From assembly GCA_951406725.2 (NCBI GenBank), contig OX597820.1:115134001-115198000 (forward strand): a stretch of DNA of 64,000 nt, given 5' to 3'. The translations under genes and the position numbers were made by a program. This stretch comes from Octopus vulgaris. Taxonomy: Eukaryota. The notes under the pieces were generated by a model. The model was not told the DNA's origin. It made no database searches and saw nothing but the letters and a program-made list of their open reading frames with translations. Below are positions 40,753-54,100 of the stretch, in pieces; within the stretch, counting starts at the first letter, position 1, and each line of letters opens with the position of its first letter.

Positions 40753-41139
40753 GGATGTCAAATTTCTATAAATAGATGTATGTGATTGTATAGGTTAGGA
40801 ATCAGAGAGGAGGAAAGAAGGTTTAATGACATACATACGCATGCACACATGTACATATACATATGCACACAAGCATGCATATCACATGCACACACATATA
40901 TACATACATGCATGCTCACGCACTATGGTAAATGTATTTATACACACACATGTGTGTGCATACATATACGCAATGCACATGCACATACATAAGTGCAGGT
41001 GCACATATGCTTATATACAGTCACACGCATGCACCCATACAGGTACATATGTATACATATATACACATACACACATTCACCCATATATATTTGTATATAC
41101 ATATGCACGTACATATACACACATACACACATAAATATA

Positions 41140-41806
41140 GTGCCCTGGAAGCTGAAATACAAGCATTTCAGAGTGTTTGGGTGTCAATCTGAGGACGATG
41201 CACCGAAAGTGATAAAAATCAAGCATCCAGTCAATATCATGTAATGGTGACATTACGCCTCCATTCATCTTCCTACACAGTCTCAGACTCAAGATGGAGG
41301 CCTACATCAAGTGCTTGGAGGAGGTAATGCTGCCCTGGGTCAAGAGGGTAGCTGCTGGAAGACCCTATGTCTGGCAACAGGACTCTGCACCATGCCACAC
41401 AAGCAGGAGAACCCAGTCATGGCCGTCAGACAATTTCTGCAACCGCATCACCCCTAACATCTGGCCACCTAACTCTCCAGACTGTAACCCCCTTGATTAT
41501 TATGTGTAGGGTGCAGTTGAGTGTGAGACCTACAAAACTCTTTGTAACACCAAAGATGAACTGAAGGCAAGGATAATGTCAGTGTTCACTAACTTAAACA
41601 AAGAGACTGTCCAGGAGAGTCACAGGAGATTCTGAAGTCGTCTGGAGGCCATGGTTGAAGCCAATGGCGAATTATTGAATAAATTTATTCTTTAGTATTT
41701 CAAGATATTTTTATGTAATTCTGGTAAATGTATCTGTTAAAATGAGATGTCAGTGTTATTTTCATTTTTGCATAATTAAGACGACAGTTTATTCTCTGCA
41801 CCCTCT
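41140..41806 (+). mobile_element. maT/DD37D-type Tc1-mariner transposase remnant
   Basis: WQQDSAPCHTSRRTQSW...WPPNSPDCNPLDYYV. Confidence 0.8.
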
Positions 41807-41913
41807 CTTTCTATATATGTGTGCGTGTGTGTGTGTGTGAAACTTTTATGTGTATGTGTGAAAATTGTGTGTGTGTGTCTGAAAATATATATGTGTGTGT
41901 GCATATATATATA

Positions 41914-43500
41914 TATATATGATGAACAAACTATTGTCATAGACACAGATAGAGTGACCAGCCCCGTCCCATTTTTGACCACCAGTACAATTGCCACACC
42001 TAGAGATGACCAATGCAAGACCAGCGACATAGAGGAGGCATCCTGAGTTCCCAGTACCTCCACCATAGATGACGACCAAGCAATTATCTTCAACACTGAT
42101 GGGGTGACTGGCCCTGCACCATATGTTCTTCTTCTTACAGTATTCACCCGGGGTGGGTTGAGCTGGCTTCATTCATCCTCAATGCTGCATCTCTCACAAA
42201 CACCGACCAGGCCTGGCGATTTGATGCTAACGACCGCGTGATCTCCAACCACTCCTTATTCCAGCGGCGAACGCTGTAGACATGGGGGCCTAGGTTGGGT
42301 TCCAGATCAGCCTTGACTGTCGTCAGCCAGGTTTTTTGTCGTCTGCACCATATCTTACCACTGGCTGTACCCGCACTAGCACCAGCAGCTACATCAACCA
42401 TATGACCAGTAGTGATAACCACAGCAATGACCCTGCCAGATCCTTGTGCCATCTTAAGTACATCAGCAATGGGGTCGCTAACAGAATTCCCTGGCCCAGA
42501 GCCTATCAGAGATATGCCAAGCGTGTGAATATGGCCACATCCCAAGTTTGTAAATATATTAGATCTGCTGGTACATCTTTCAAACGTCACTTCCACAGCC
42601 ACCAGTCATCCTTCAGGGTTTCAGAAAGATGGTTTGTCAAGCTCCTGTCCTGCCATGGGTGGTACCTCAAAGATCAAGGGACTCCGTGTGATATCAGGTG
42701 GAAAATAATAGATCATCCAGGCCCATATATTAATGGAAGTGGATGTTGCAAAATCTGCATTGTGGAGAGAACCAACATTCTTAAGGACTATACAAAACCT
42801 GGCGCGTTAAACAGTCGTAAAGAAGTGTTTTCTAAATGTGTCCACTTATCCGCTGGAATAAGGAGTGGTTGGAGATCACGCGGTCGTTAGCCTCAAATCG
42901 CCAGGCCTGGTTGGCGTTTGTGAGAGATGCAGCATTGAGGATGAATGAAGCCAGCTCAACCCACCCCGGGTGAATACTGTAAGAAGAAGAACATATGGTG
43001 CAGGGCCAGTCACCCCATCAGTGTTGAAGATAATTGCTTGGTCGTCATCTATGGTGGAGGTACTGGGAACTCAGGATGCCTCCTCTATGTCGCTGGTCTT
43101 GCATTGGTCATCTCTAGGTGTGGCAATTGTACTGGTGGTCAAAAATGGGACGGGGCTGGTCACTCTATCTGTGTCTATGACAATAGTTTGTTCATCATAT
43201 ATATGATGAATTGGTAAATTGGATCTCCCTGTTTGCTGGTTAGGCTTTTTTGTGGGGGAGGGGGTCTATAAGGTTTGTTTTATCCTCTGGTTCAGGGGAG
43301 ACAACCCATCCTTATTAACATTTTTATCTGTTAAGACTTAAATCTCGATTTTTGAGCATTTCCATAGAGTCTGACAAGCTATCCACAAGGCTTTGGATTA
43401 GAGGATACAAAACCTTTGGTAACTCTATGCCCCAAATTTTAATTTTTGTTGTAATAATTACCGCTCTATTCTTTAGTCTGCTTCTTTTCTGATATATGTT
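41914..43500 (+). mobile_element. Penelope-like remnant with ~355-bp inverted arms that include an RTE 3' end
   Basis: Arms 41914-42267 and 42850-43204; GIY-YIG C-terminus in ORF 42336-42890 (SFKRHFHSH...IRWKII...CKICIVE...LNSRKE..KCVH); decayed hammerhead at 43363. Confidence 0.75.
43363..43429 (+). ncRNA. Decayed type I hammerhead motif (probably inactive)
   Basis: catagagt-CTGACAA-gctatcc...ggatac-AAAACC-ttt-GGTA^actctatg: 8-bp stem I; two core G>A changes at inferred CpG sites. Confidence 0.55.
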
Positions 43501-43512
43501 TTATTAATTAAC

Positions 43513-43547
<35 letters not shown>

Positions 43548-43580
43548 GTATATATATATATATATGTATATATATTTATT

Positions 43581-43612
<32 letters not shown>

Positions 43613-43876
43613 ATAATTTTATATCTATGTTTTAACTAATGTGTGTGAACCACCCTCCCCACTGGTGCTCTATTTCTACCCCCACACATAAAAGCACCAT
43701 GTGGCCGACGCCAGACCTCTGGCACCTGTAGGTGGCACGTAACACCCCTACACTCGCGGAGGGTTGCGTTAGGAAGGGCATCCATGAAACTTGCCAGACT
43801 AACTGGGCCTGGGGCATCCTGCTCCCAGACGTCGAAACGTCAACCGTGCTAGGAAAACGATTAACTGATGATGATG

Positions 43877-43907
<31 letters not shown>

Positions 43908-44062
43908 TATTATATATATTATATATATTATATATATATATATGTATATATATATGTGTGTGTGTATATATATGTGTGTGTGTATATATATGTATATATA
44001 TATATATCTATATATCTATATATATACACACACACACACATACATACACATATACATATATA

Positions 44063-45280
44063 TTGGGTCATCCCATAAATAATGTGGGTTTTCAATTGCA
44101 TGAACTAAAAGTCAGAGGGGGACGGGATAAACTACCTGCATCAACTTGCTATAAAACCAGGTTGTAATTTTACCTTGTCCTTATTCTTAGTGCAAGTTTT
44201 GAAGAGTGCAGTTCGATATTAACAGTCCTTTTTCTAAAGCTATAATGGAAGTGACAATGGTGTATATTTAGTACATTTTGCTTTATGAATTCAATAGAGG
44301 CAACAGAAATCGTGAGGAATATTAATACCGTATATGGAGATTGGACAATAAGTGTAAGCCAGTGTCAACGGTAATTCCAGAAATTCTAAACTGGAAACTA
44401 CTGCCTAGAAGATGAGCCTCACCTGAGAAGATCTGTAGACCTCGACGAGGACATCCTGCAAATCTTGGTGGAACAAAATCCCATTGTAACTGTTGAGGAA
44501 CTAGCAGAGAAGCTTGGATTTGATCATTCAACCATTCGTTGACATCCGCATGCCATCGGAAAAGTTAGCAAATTGTGTCAATGGGTTCCTCACAAACTTT
44601 CCAAGTCTAATCGCATGCAGAGAGTGAATGTGTGCTCTTCTTTGCTGTCATGTCTCATGAATGAACCTTTTTCGGACAGAATAGTGACTGGTGACAAGAA
44701 ATAGGTTCTCTATAAAAATATCAAGTGCTGAAGACAGTGGGCAGGGAAATGAGAAACACCAGAACCCCAGGCGAAAGAAGATCTTCACTCACATAAGGTG
44801 TTGTTATCTGTTTGGTGGAATATGAAAGATTTAGTTCACTTTGAACTTTTAAAACCACACCAAATGATAACTAAGATCTACTGTGAGCAGCTTGAGAGAT
44901 TTAAGTCAGCGCTAGAAGAAAAACAACCTTCAGTATAATGCTCAGCCACATACAGCAAGGGTGACATTCCAGAGGCTGGAGCAGTTTGAATGGGAAACGA
45001 TGCCCATCCACCACATTTACTGGACATTGCCCCATCTGATTATAATTTATTCCGCAGTCTTCAAAATCCTTTGAATGGAAAAAATGAATTCTGCAATGAG
45101 GTCAGAACAGTACTGGAGGACTATTTTTCATAACAGACAAATGAATTTTGGAAGAAGGGCTTTGCAAGTCTACCAGATAGATGGAAGAGCATTGTAGAAA
45201 ATGAAGGAGAGTATATTTTAAATTAATTTTGAAAAATAAAAGAAGTATAAAAAAGTTGCATTATTAATGGGATGACCCAA
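44063..45280 (+). mobile_element. Full-length defective mariner (DD34D)
   Basis: TA-flanked TIRs ttgggtcatcccataaataatg / cattattaatgggatgacccaa; WVPHKLS, RIVTGD and DIAPSDYNLF, with stops and frameshifts. Confidence 0.9.
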
Positions 45281-46325
45281 TATATATATCATTGCTAGTA
45301 TGTTAAACTGTCGTATGTCCAACTGTCGTATGTCAATATTTATTTTTGCTTGCAATAGCCAGTTCTTTTGGTCAAACTATCGTAGCTACAGCTGCTTCAG
45401 ATGCCAAGATATCAAAAATTGTCAAAATGTAGTGCAACGGTTTTGCTATAGAATGGTGAAACTATTTTACATTTTCTGAAAAAGCAACATTTTGGACTTA
45501 GGACTCTTTGGCATAATAGCAACGATATATATATATATACAAGAGTTAAGGAATGGAGTAGATAAAATATCCGGACTACATATGTTTCGTAGTGAGCAGA
45601 ACCTTGAAAGTGGTAATTATGCAAGTGAGGTGTATATTGCAGGCTACCCTTTAGGCCAAGGGTATCTTGATTAAAGGAAGTTTACATTGTCGTAAGGAGG
45701 TATGTGTCAACTTATGGGCAATTCAATCAGAATGTGACACATTCTGATACACCTCGCTTGTTTAACTGTTTAAGTAAAAAAATATTAAACTATTTCTTTG
45801 TAATTTTCTTTTCTTCCCTCTTTTGTAGTAAAATTTGGTATATACTCAAAATATTCAAAGAAGTTTTATCCTTTTCTTATAATTTGGTGGTTGGAATTGC
45901 AGCAGCTGATTGGCTGTAGCAGTCGTAGCAGCAGCAGTGGAAGATTGTTGGTCGTAGTAGTAATAGTAGTGACCATGGGGGTTGTAGTAGTAGTAATAGT
46001 AGCAGCAATAGTAGTGATCGTGGTGGTCATGGTAGAATTCCATTTTTCTTTTCGGAAGACCAATATATTTTTTTAATGTTCCTGGCCCAGGGTGTTCAAA
46101 CTTGGTCCAAATTTCCTAATAAAGTAAAGTTCTTTATTTTGGCGTTGAGTGAAGGTTACGTTGTCACTTTACTTGTAAAGTGGGAAAGTTGTGAATTTGG
46201 GATTTTTATTTGAAGCACATCTATCTATGTGTCCGCTGACTGGTATTTTCCTGTACTCTAGATTCCTAATTTGGAATTTATGAACTGCCATCCTTTTTCG
46301 TAGGTTGTTTTTTGTAAAAATATAA

Positions 46326-46357
<32 letters not shown>

Positions 46358-46370
46358 GCACATATATATG

Positions 46371-46680
46371 TGGAGGCGCAATGGCCCAGTGGTTAGGGCA
46401 GCAGACTCGCGGTTGTAGGATTGTGGTTTCGATTCCCAGACCGGGTGTTGTGAGTGTTTATTGAGCGAAAACACCTAAAACTCCACGAGGCTCTGGCAGG
46501 GGATGGTGGCGATCCCTGCTGTACTCTTTCGCCACAACTTTCTCTCACTCTTTCTTCTGTTGGCCTGCTCGCTTAGCTAGCGGGGTGGCATCATTTGAAG
46601 GCTAAAACAATGCGAAGCGCATTGGACAGCGATGTGTAGCAACATCAGATAGCTTGGTCAGTCACGGTGATCACGGTGAT
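46371..46680 (+). mobile_element. tRNA-derived SINE, tail type B
   Basis: Close homolog of 23184-23496. Confidence 0.8.
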
Positions 46681-46743
46681 ATACATATATATGTGGGCAT
46701 GTACATATATATATATATTATGTGTGTTTGTGTATATATATGC

Positions 46744-46780
<37 letters not shown>

Positions 46781-47348
46781 ATCCAAACAAGAAAACACAA
46801 AAAAAAACAAAAAAAACACAACAACGCGAGGACGTGGAACAAATAAAGTATTATTGGACGCTCAGGAAAGAAGGGAAGAAATATATGTATATGTGTGTGT
46901 GTGTGTGTGTATATATATATGTGTATGTATGTGTCTACATATATATATACACACACACACACACGTGTGTGTGTTGGGGTGTGTGCACATGTTTGTGTGA
47001 GGGAGGAATGGAGAGATATTAAGGAGAGGAATGTTTTTTAGACAGGTAAGATAATCAATATCCAAATCTGATTCTACAGTAAACTCCCCCACCATTATCA
47101 GTGATTTCTGTAGCTCTGCCCACCCCCATTATCACTTGAAAGCAAATAATTAAATTGGGTGTCTCCCACATTCACATACAATACTCTCATGCACACATAA
47201 CTACCCTCATACATACACACTTTAATACACACATACACACACAGATATATATTTATTGACACACATGTACACACAAGTATGTGTGTGTGTGTGTTTACTC
47301 ACACACATATATACACACAAATAGTTATGCACTCGCATACATGTAAAA

Positions 47349-47710
47349 TCATCATCATCATCATCGTTTAACGTCCGTTTTCCATGCTAGCACGGGTTGG
47401 ACGGTTCGACCGGGGTCTGGTAAGCCATGGAGGCTGCACCAGGCTCCAATCTGATCTGGCAGTGTTTCTACAGCTGGATGCCCTTCCTAACGCCAACCAC
47501 TCCGCGAGTGTAGCGGGTGCTTTTTACGTGACACCGGCACAGGTGCCAGGGAAGTCTAGCATCGGCCACGATCGGTTGGTGCTTTGTATGTGCCACTGGC
47601 ACAGAAGCCAGTCAAGGTGGCGCTGGCATCGGCCACGTTCAGATGGTGCTTTTTATGTGCCACCGGCACATGTATCACAACTACTATTTCCATTGATATT
47701 TGTTTCGATG
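47349..47710 (-). mobile_element. RTE LINE 3' end just downstream of the DECR2 stop
   Basis: Same UTR family with (CAT)n on +. Confidence 0.75.
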
Positions 47711-47898
47711 TTTACGCACAGATAAACTGATACATGAACACAGACAGATACACAAACACATATGCACACATACACACACAGGTAGACATTTACACATATA
47801 TGCACATACATATGGTTCTACAATCATGTGTACATACATTTATACACACAAATGCATATACATACATACACATAGTGACAGTGACACACACAAACCAA

Positions 47899-48116
47899 TC
47901 AAAGTTTTGCAGGTTTCTTTGTTAGCATAATTTGATTTGTCCAACTTTTCAAACTTCCCATCCATTGACCACCATCTGCTACCACAGTAACACCAGTCAA
48001 AAGTTCAGCTGCTTTGCTGACCAGAAACACAGCGATATTTGCAATATCACTTCGGGTTGCAATCTGCCCAATAGGTACATGCTCACGTAACACTGCTTCA
48101 GAAATTTCTGGAGAAA
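47899..48116 (-). CDS. DECR2: DECR2 terminal exon
   Basis: Acceptor ttatttcag; [17 protein letters not shown]...VVADGGQW...AKL-TGA. Confidence 0.9.
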
Positions 48117-51100
48117 CTGAAATAAGAAAAAGATAAGAAAAAAATAAAATGTAAATAATATAGGATGAGTGCTGCATCTTATCATCCCATCTGTTACAAA
48201 GATGAAACATCATGCATCATCATCATCATCATCACCATTATCACATGCAATTATCCTTATCATCACTATCCTCACCCACCACCATCACTACTATGAACAT
48301 GATCACAGGACAAGCTAATGAGGGAATCTCTACATGGTCACATGACTCACTAGAAATAGCAGTTAAATCAATATCAAATCACACTCCTCCACCTTAAAAA
48401 GTGAAGGATGTACATTTTTCTGTGTTATTTTAGATCCATCCCCAACAGATGTGATGATTATGATTGGAGCACCTCTGCTGATAGATCTGTTAGATCAGAG
48501 CTGATCTGGAGCTAAGCAACATGATTACATGAGTGAATGAAAGAGTCTCCATGTGGTTTGCCCAACCTGTTAGAAAGAGTAGCCAAAACCTCCTCAAATC
48601 CACATTCCCACCCAATGTCTTAAGAAAACACACAGCCATAAACAGATGATATCAGAAAAAAGATGGAATAGAACTCCTTGGACCAAAAAATAAATACCTC
48701 AAAGCTGACCCAAGGTTTAACAACAATAACCACATTACATTTGTCTTAGGATAAACATCCAAAGTCTTCTGATAGAAATGTTCCAATAGAAGAATTGAAG
48801 AATTCTGTTGATCAAAAGTAACAAGTTAACATTTGTTCATTATAATAATGAAATTATTGTATACAGTGCTCAGGTGCACCACAACTTGTCAGAAAGTGCA
48901 TATAAAGTACATGCAGTAATGTAGAAATGTCTGGAAAGCGAACAGTGTATGAGTCAGATACATGCTTGTGTGTGTATGGAGGGGAGAAAATCAAGTGTAG
49001 TGTTGGCGAATCTCAGGAAGCATGGAAGTTTGAAGGATGCAGTGCTCCGACAACTAACAACTGATGCCGGCAGTTTGTTCCATGCTTCAGCAACTCTCAG
49101 CGTGAAAAAATGTTTCCTGAAGTCATGGGAGCTGTGCTGTTTTCTGACTTTGTAAATATGTCCATGGGTGTTAGATGGGTGGAGTTTGAAAAGGTTATTA
49201 ACCATGTGTTTAGGGTTATGAATAGACAGGGTCCTAAGCAGACAATGTACAGAATGGTTAGACTTTGTGCCATTTGGATGGTATGCAGAGTGGATAGGAT
49301 ACAATGGAGGATAGAATGTTAGCCAAATAGCTAAAAGAGAGTTCATATTCCATCACTAGCACTACAGAGACAATTAACAATAGATACCATAAGGATGCAC
49401 AATCCATCATTATAATCAAATTGTTTATCTTCATTTTAAAGTCAGCTTGACAGGATTGAAGGGAAATAGTTCTTTATGGACCTGGAGAAGACAAGCAGCC
49501 ACACTCCAATGAAATGAAATAATTCTTAGGACCTGACCAACAGAGAATCATACTCCAACACAATTCCCTGGAATATCTTTTAATTTTGATCTTTTACTTG
49601 TTTCAGTCATTTAACTGTGGCCATGCTTGGGTTATTGCCTTGAAGGGTTTTTAGTTGAACAAATTGACCTTAGGATATTTTTTGAAGCCTAGTATTTATT
49701 CTATCAGTCTCTTTTACCGAATTGTTAAGCTATGGAGATTTAAAAACATCAACACCAGTTATCAAGTGGTAGTGGTGGAGGACAAGCACAGATACAAAGC
49801 AACACATACATAGATATATCAGGCTTCTTACAGTTTCTCTCTACCAAATCCATTCCAGCTTTTGCTGGTCTGAAGCTATAATAGAAGACATTTGCCCAAG
49901 GCACCACGCAGTGGAACTGAACCCAGAACCATGTAGTTGGGAAGCAAGCTTCTTATCATACATCTATATTTATATAACGATTTCAGTGAGACTCTCATCA
50001 CCAAATTGCTCCTAGATATTATATAGAAAATGACATACCTAGTCTCCGGTAACCTTCTGAGTTAGACACAGGTCCTGGTGCTAAACACAACACACGTACG
50101 CCATTGGGTCCCCATTCCACAGCAAGGTGTTTTGTCAAAGCCTCTGAGTTTGCATAGCAAGAAAAGAAAAAAAAAAGAGACGGATAGAAACAAGAAAGTA
50201 ATGCAAGCCACTTAATCTGCAATAGGTGGAGAAACAAGAATTTATTTACAATTTCAGTTTTATCAAATTTTAATCTTGAGAAGTAAAACTTCTATATGGA
50301 TGGATTCTATTCAAATCTAGTGAGGGTGTGTGGTTGTTGGTTCCAGTTTTAAAACCTGGTGTGTTGTGTGTAGATTGTGATATCAAATCTACTGAAGGCT
50401 TGTGTGTGGACTCCAGTGTTCAAATCTGATATGTGATGAGTTAGCCCAGATATTAAGATCTGGTGGAGATGTGCAAGATCTCATAATGAAATCTAGCAAG
50501 GATCTTCATTGTGTGAGCTGCTCTAATATTGAAATTTGGTGAGGGTGGGTTGTTTGTGGGCAACAATGCTCAAAGCAGCAGTGATATGTTGGCTCCTATA
50601 TTAAAACCTGGCACGGTAAGATGGGTTCTAAACCTCAAAGGACTATTACACCTCACAAATATGATTTACAAGAAGATGAAGGATTATTATAACAATAGTA
50701 CAATAAAAAATAACAATAATAATAATAATATAATAATGAAATTATTGTATACAGTGCTCAGGTGCACCACAACTTGTCAGAAAGTGCATATAAAGTACAT
50801 GCAGTAATGTAAAAATGTCTGGAAAGCGAACAATGTATGAGTCAGATACATGCTTGTGTGTGTATGGAGGGGAGAAAATCAAGTGTAGTGTTGGCGAATC
50901 TCAGAAAGCATGGAAGATTTGAAGGATGCAGTGCTCCGACAACTAACAACTGATGCCGGCAGTTTGTTCCATGCTTCAGCAACTCTCAGCATGAAAAAAT
51001 GTTTCCTGAAGTCATGGGAGCTGTGCTGTTTTCTGACTTTGTAAATATGTCCACGGGTGTTAGATGGGTGGAGTTTGAAAAGGTGCTCAGAGTTATTGTT

Positions 51101-54100
51101 TGTAATAAAAACATTAACAATAATAACAATAACAGAAAAGACTGAAATATTTGTTACCAATTGCAGACTTGGCAGCACCTACATGACACTGCATTGGTAC
51201 TCCTCTGTAATGTTGAGTGGCTGTGATATTGAGGATGACACCTCCATGATCCTGAAACATTAAAGAGAAAATATGTATGTCAGATTGTAGTCTATAGTGA
51301 AATACTAAAACATTATCAAGTTCACTAAGCAAATTTAATATCATCTCACTGTGAAGATTTAAAAGTAAAATATTAAAAATGAGTGCAGATATATATATAT
51401 ACTTTATTGATAAAGTATATTACTCTACTTCTAGTATTTGAATACTATTTTTTTCCACCTTGTTTCACATTTATGTGCTTGCTCTGGTATATGTATGTAT
51501 GTGTGTGTGTATATGCTAGAGTGTTAGCCATTATATAATGGGTGACTTTGGAAGTATACTTTTGTCACCTCTATGGAGTAGAAACATGGCCCCTCTCGAA
51601 GGCCCTGGTAAAGAGGATCAACAGCTTCAATAGCAGAGCCTTGAGAACCATTGACAACATCAGATGGTGCCACCATATTCTCAACAAGTAACTGCATGTG
51701 TGCATGCATCAGTCTGCAACCTCCCACCTCATAGCTGTGTGCCTCATGCACTGGTACAGACATGTCCTCCATCTCCCACTAGTTCAGCCCCACACCAGAT
51801 GGCTGGATGCAATTAAGGAAGATCTCCAGAGGCTTGATGTCACCTTGGAGGAGGCAGAGAGGTTAGTATAGGACCTCAAGAGATGGAGAGTACTGGTGGA
51901 CCTGGTTGGCTCTAAGCATGACGTCTTTGAGACCACCAATCTGGGATGACCTCAGCCCCACCAAACAAGAGCATGAAGCAAAGTGAAGCACCATGGGTAA
52001 TATCAGGCAATATGGCATAAATATAATAATTATAATTTATCTCTCAGCAAATTTCTTGATATCATCAACCCAGTTGTTAACTACTTTATTAACTCCAAAA
52101 GGATGAAAGCAAAGTTGATCACAGTGGGATTTAAACTCAGAATGTAAAGAGATAAAAGAAATACAAGGCATTTTCTGTGATGCTTTAACAATTCTGTACA
52201 AGGCCAGCAATTTTTTTCAGGGTGATGGGGTTAGTTGATTTCATCAACTCCAGTACTTGACTTCTACTTTATTTTATCAACCTTGAATGGATAAAAGGCA
52301 AAGTTGCCTCCAACACAAGGTCATAAATCTAGGGGAAGGGATCAGTTGATTAAGTTGATATAATAAATATCAATACATAATATATATTTTATCAATCTCA
52401 GAAAGATGAAAAGCAGAACTGACCTTGGCAGGATTTGAACTCAGAACGTAAAGAGCTGGATGAAATGCCACTAAGTATTTTGACTAACATGTTAATGATT
52501 CTGCCATAACAACAACTGCATGGATAAGTACAGGGAGCAACAACCCTGTAAAATGTGAGCAGTTTGTAGAGCAGCAACTCTACAAACTATATTCATCTTG
52601 TCTGATTCTGTTGGGGCCACAGCAGGACCTAGAGACACACAGAATCATAGTGAATAGAGGACTGACACACCACACCATACATTCAACTGAGCGTGTCAGA
52701 ATGAGAAGTGTGATTATCAATTTAATGGAAAGTATAGTGTATTCAGAGCTGTATATATTTATCAAGAGCACACACACACTCAGCCAGCTGTATAGTATGT
52801 TGCCACTGAGATCTAGAGTTACACAAAAATAACAAGTCCCAAAAATGACCATCACTACAGAAACGTAGCTGTATGCTTGAACAAGATACTCTACTCACTT
52901 TCATGTATTTCTCATAGACCACTTTACTGACATTAAAGGTTCCCATGGTGTCAATTTCTTGGATAGTTTGGAAAGCATGGAACGACATATCGGAGGCCAA
53001 ACACAGGAAGTTGCCGGCAGCACCTGCAATGAAGGTGATGTACAAAAAGACAGGTGTGTTTTAGAAATACATCTCTATATATATAAACGGCAAAATGTCT
53101 GTGTGTGTGTCCTTTATACAAATCCACAATTATTCAGTTAGATGGCTCACACTTTCTATGGTTATTCAAAACCATCCAAGGGTGGTCGTGCACATCTTTA
53201 CATTTCCCCAGTCACCCCGCAAAGCCATTAAAAAATCAATAGAAGTGACTTTTTTGTGAATTTTCTATCGAAAACCCAATCAAAATGCCCGAAACTTGAT
53301 ATGCCAGCTAGCTGTATGTGATTGGTTGGAGATTTGGACAGTACTCGCATGTATGTGCGCACGCACATGCAGCTGTATATGCATGCACTAGCTGTATATG
53401 CATGCACTAGCTGTATATGCATGCACTAGCTGTATATGCATGCACTAGCTGTATATGCATGCACTAGCTGTATATGCATGCACTAGCTGTATATGCATGC
53501 ACTAGCTGTATATGCATGCACTAGCTGTATGACCCGGCGTTGCCGGGTCATAGTGCTAGGATACCATATAATTGTGTGTATATGTGTTTATATATACACA
53601 TAAAAAGTAGCTTGCTTTCTTGTGGTTCAAGTTTCATTTCAAACAAACTCTATACTTTACAATAGGTACTGAGTTCCCTTTCCTGCATTCATTTGACAAA
53701 AAGATCAACATTTAAAACACCATACACACTCATTCATGAACACACATACATACACGAAGACTCTACGTACAATAAATATTAATATATATTTTTAGGTATA
53801 ATTATATTTAAAAACAGTTAAACATTAAACCAAGGGAATACTCAATACCCTTTGGTAGAGTAACATTTTGTTTTGGCAAAGTTGACAGTGACTTCACAGT
53901 TTTGGTTATGCAGCCTTCATCCAAATGTCATGTAGTTAGATTGAAGTAAATGTTAATGTTTTCCTTGTGAAAATTATATATATTATATGTTTCTTTATTA
54001 CCCACAAGGGGCTAAACACAGAGGGGACAAACAAGGACAGACAAACAAATTAAATTGATTACATCGACCTCAGTGCGTAACTGGGACTTATTTAATCGAC

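Noticed and set aside
41776-43217. Identical ORFs at 41776/41846 (-) and 42945/42970 (+)
   Set aside because: A by-product of the inverted repeat; no recognisable domain.
45480-45525. Possible hammerhead relic on the minus strand
   Set aside because: Too many core mismatches to support.
46371-46445. Apparent tRNA gene (box A and box B)
   Set aside because: No complete cloverleaf or terminator; it continues into a SINE body and is multicopy.
48212-48397. Poly-His ORF
   Set aside because: (CAT)n microsatellite in a DECR2 intron.
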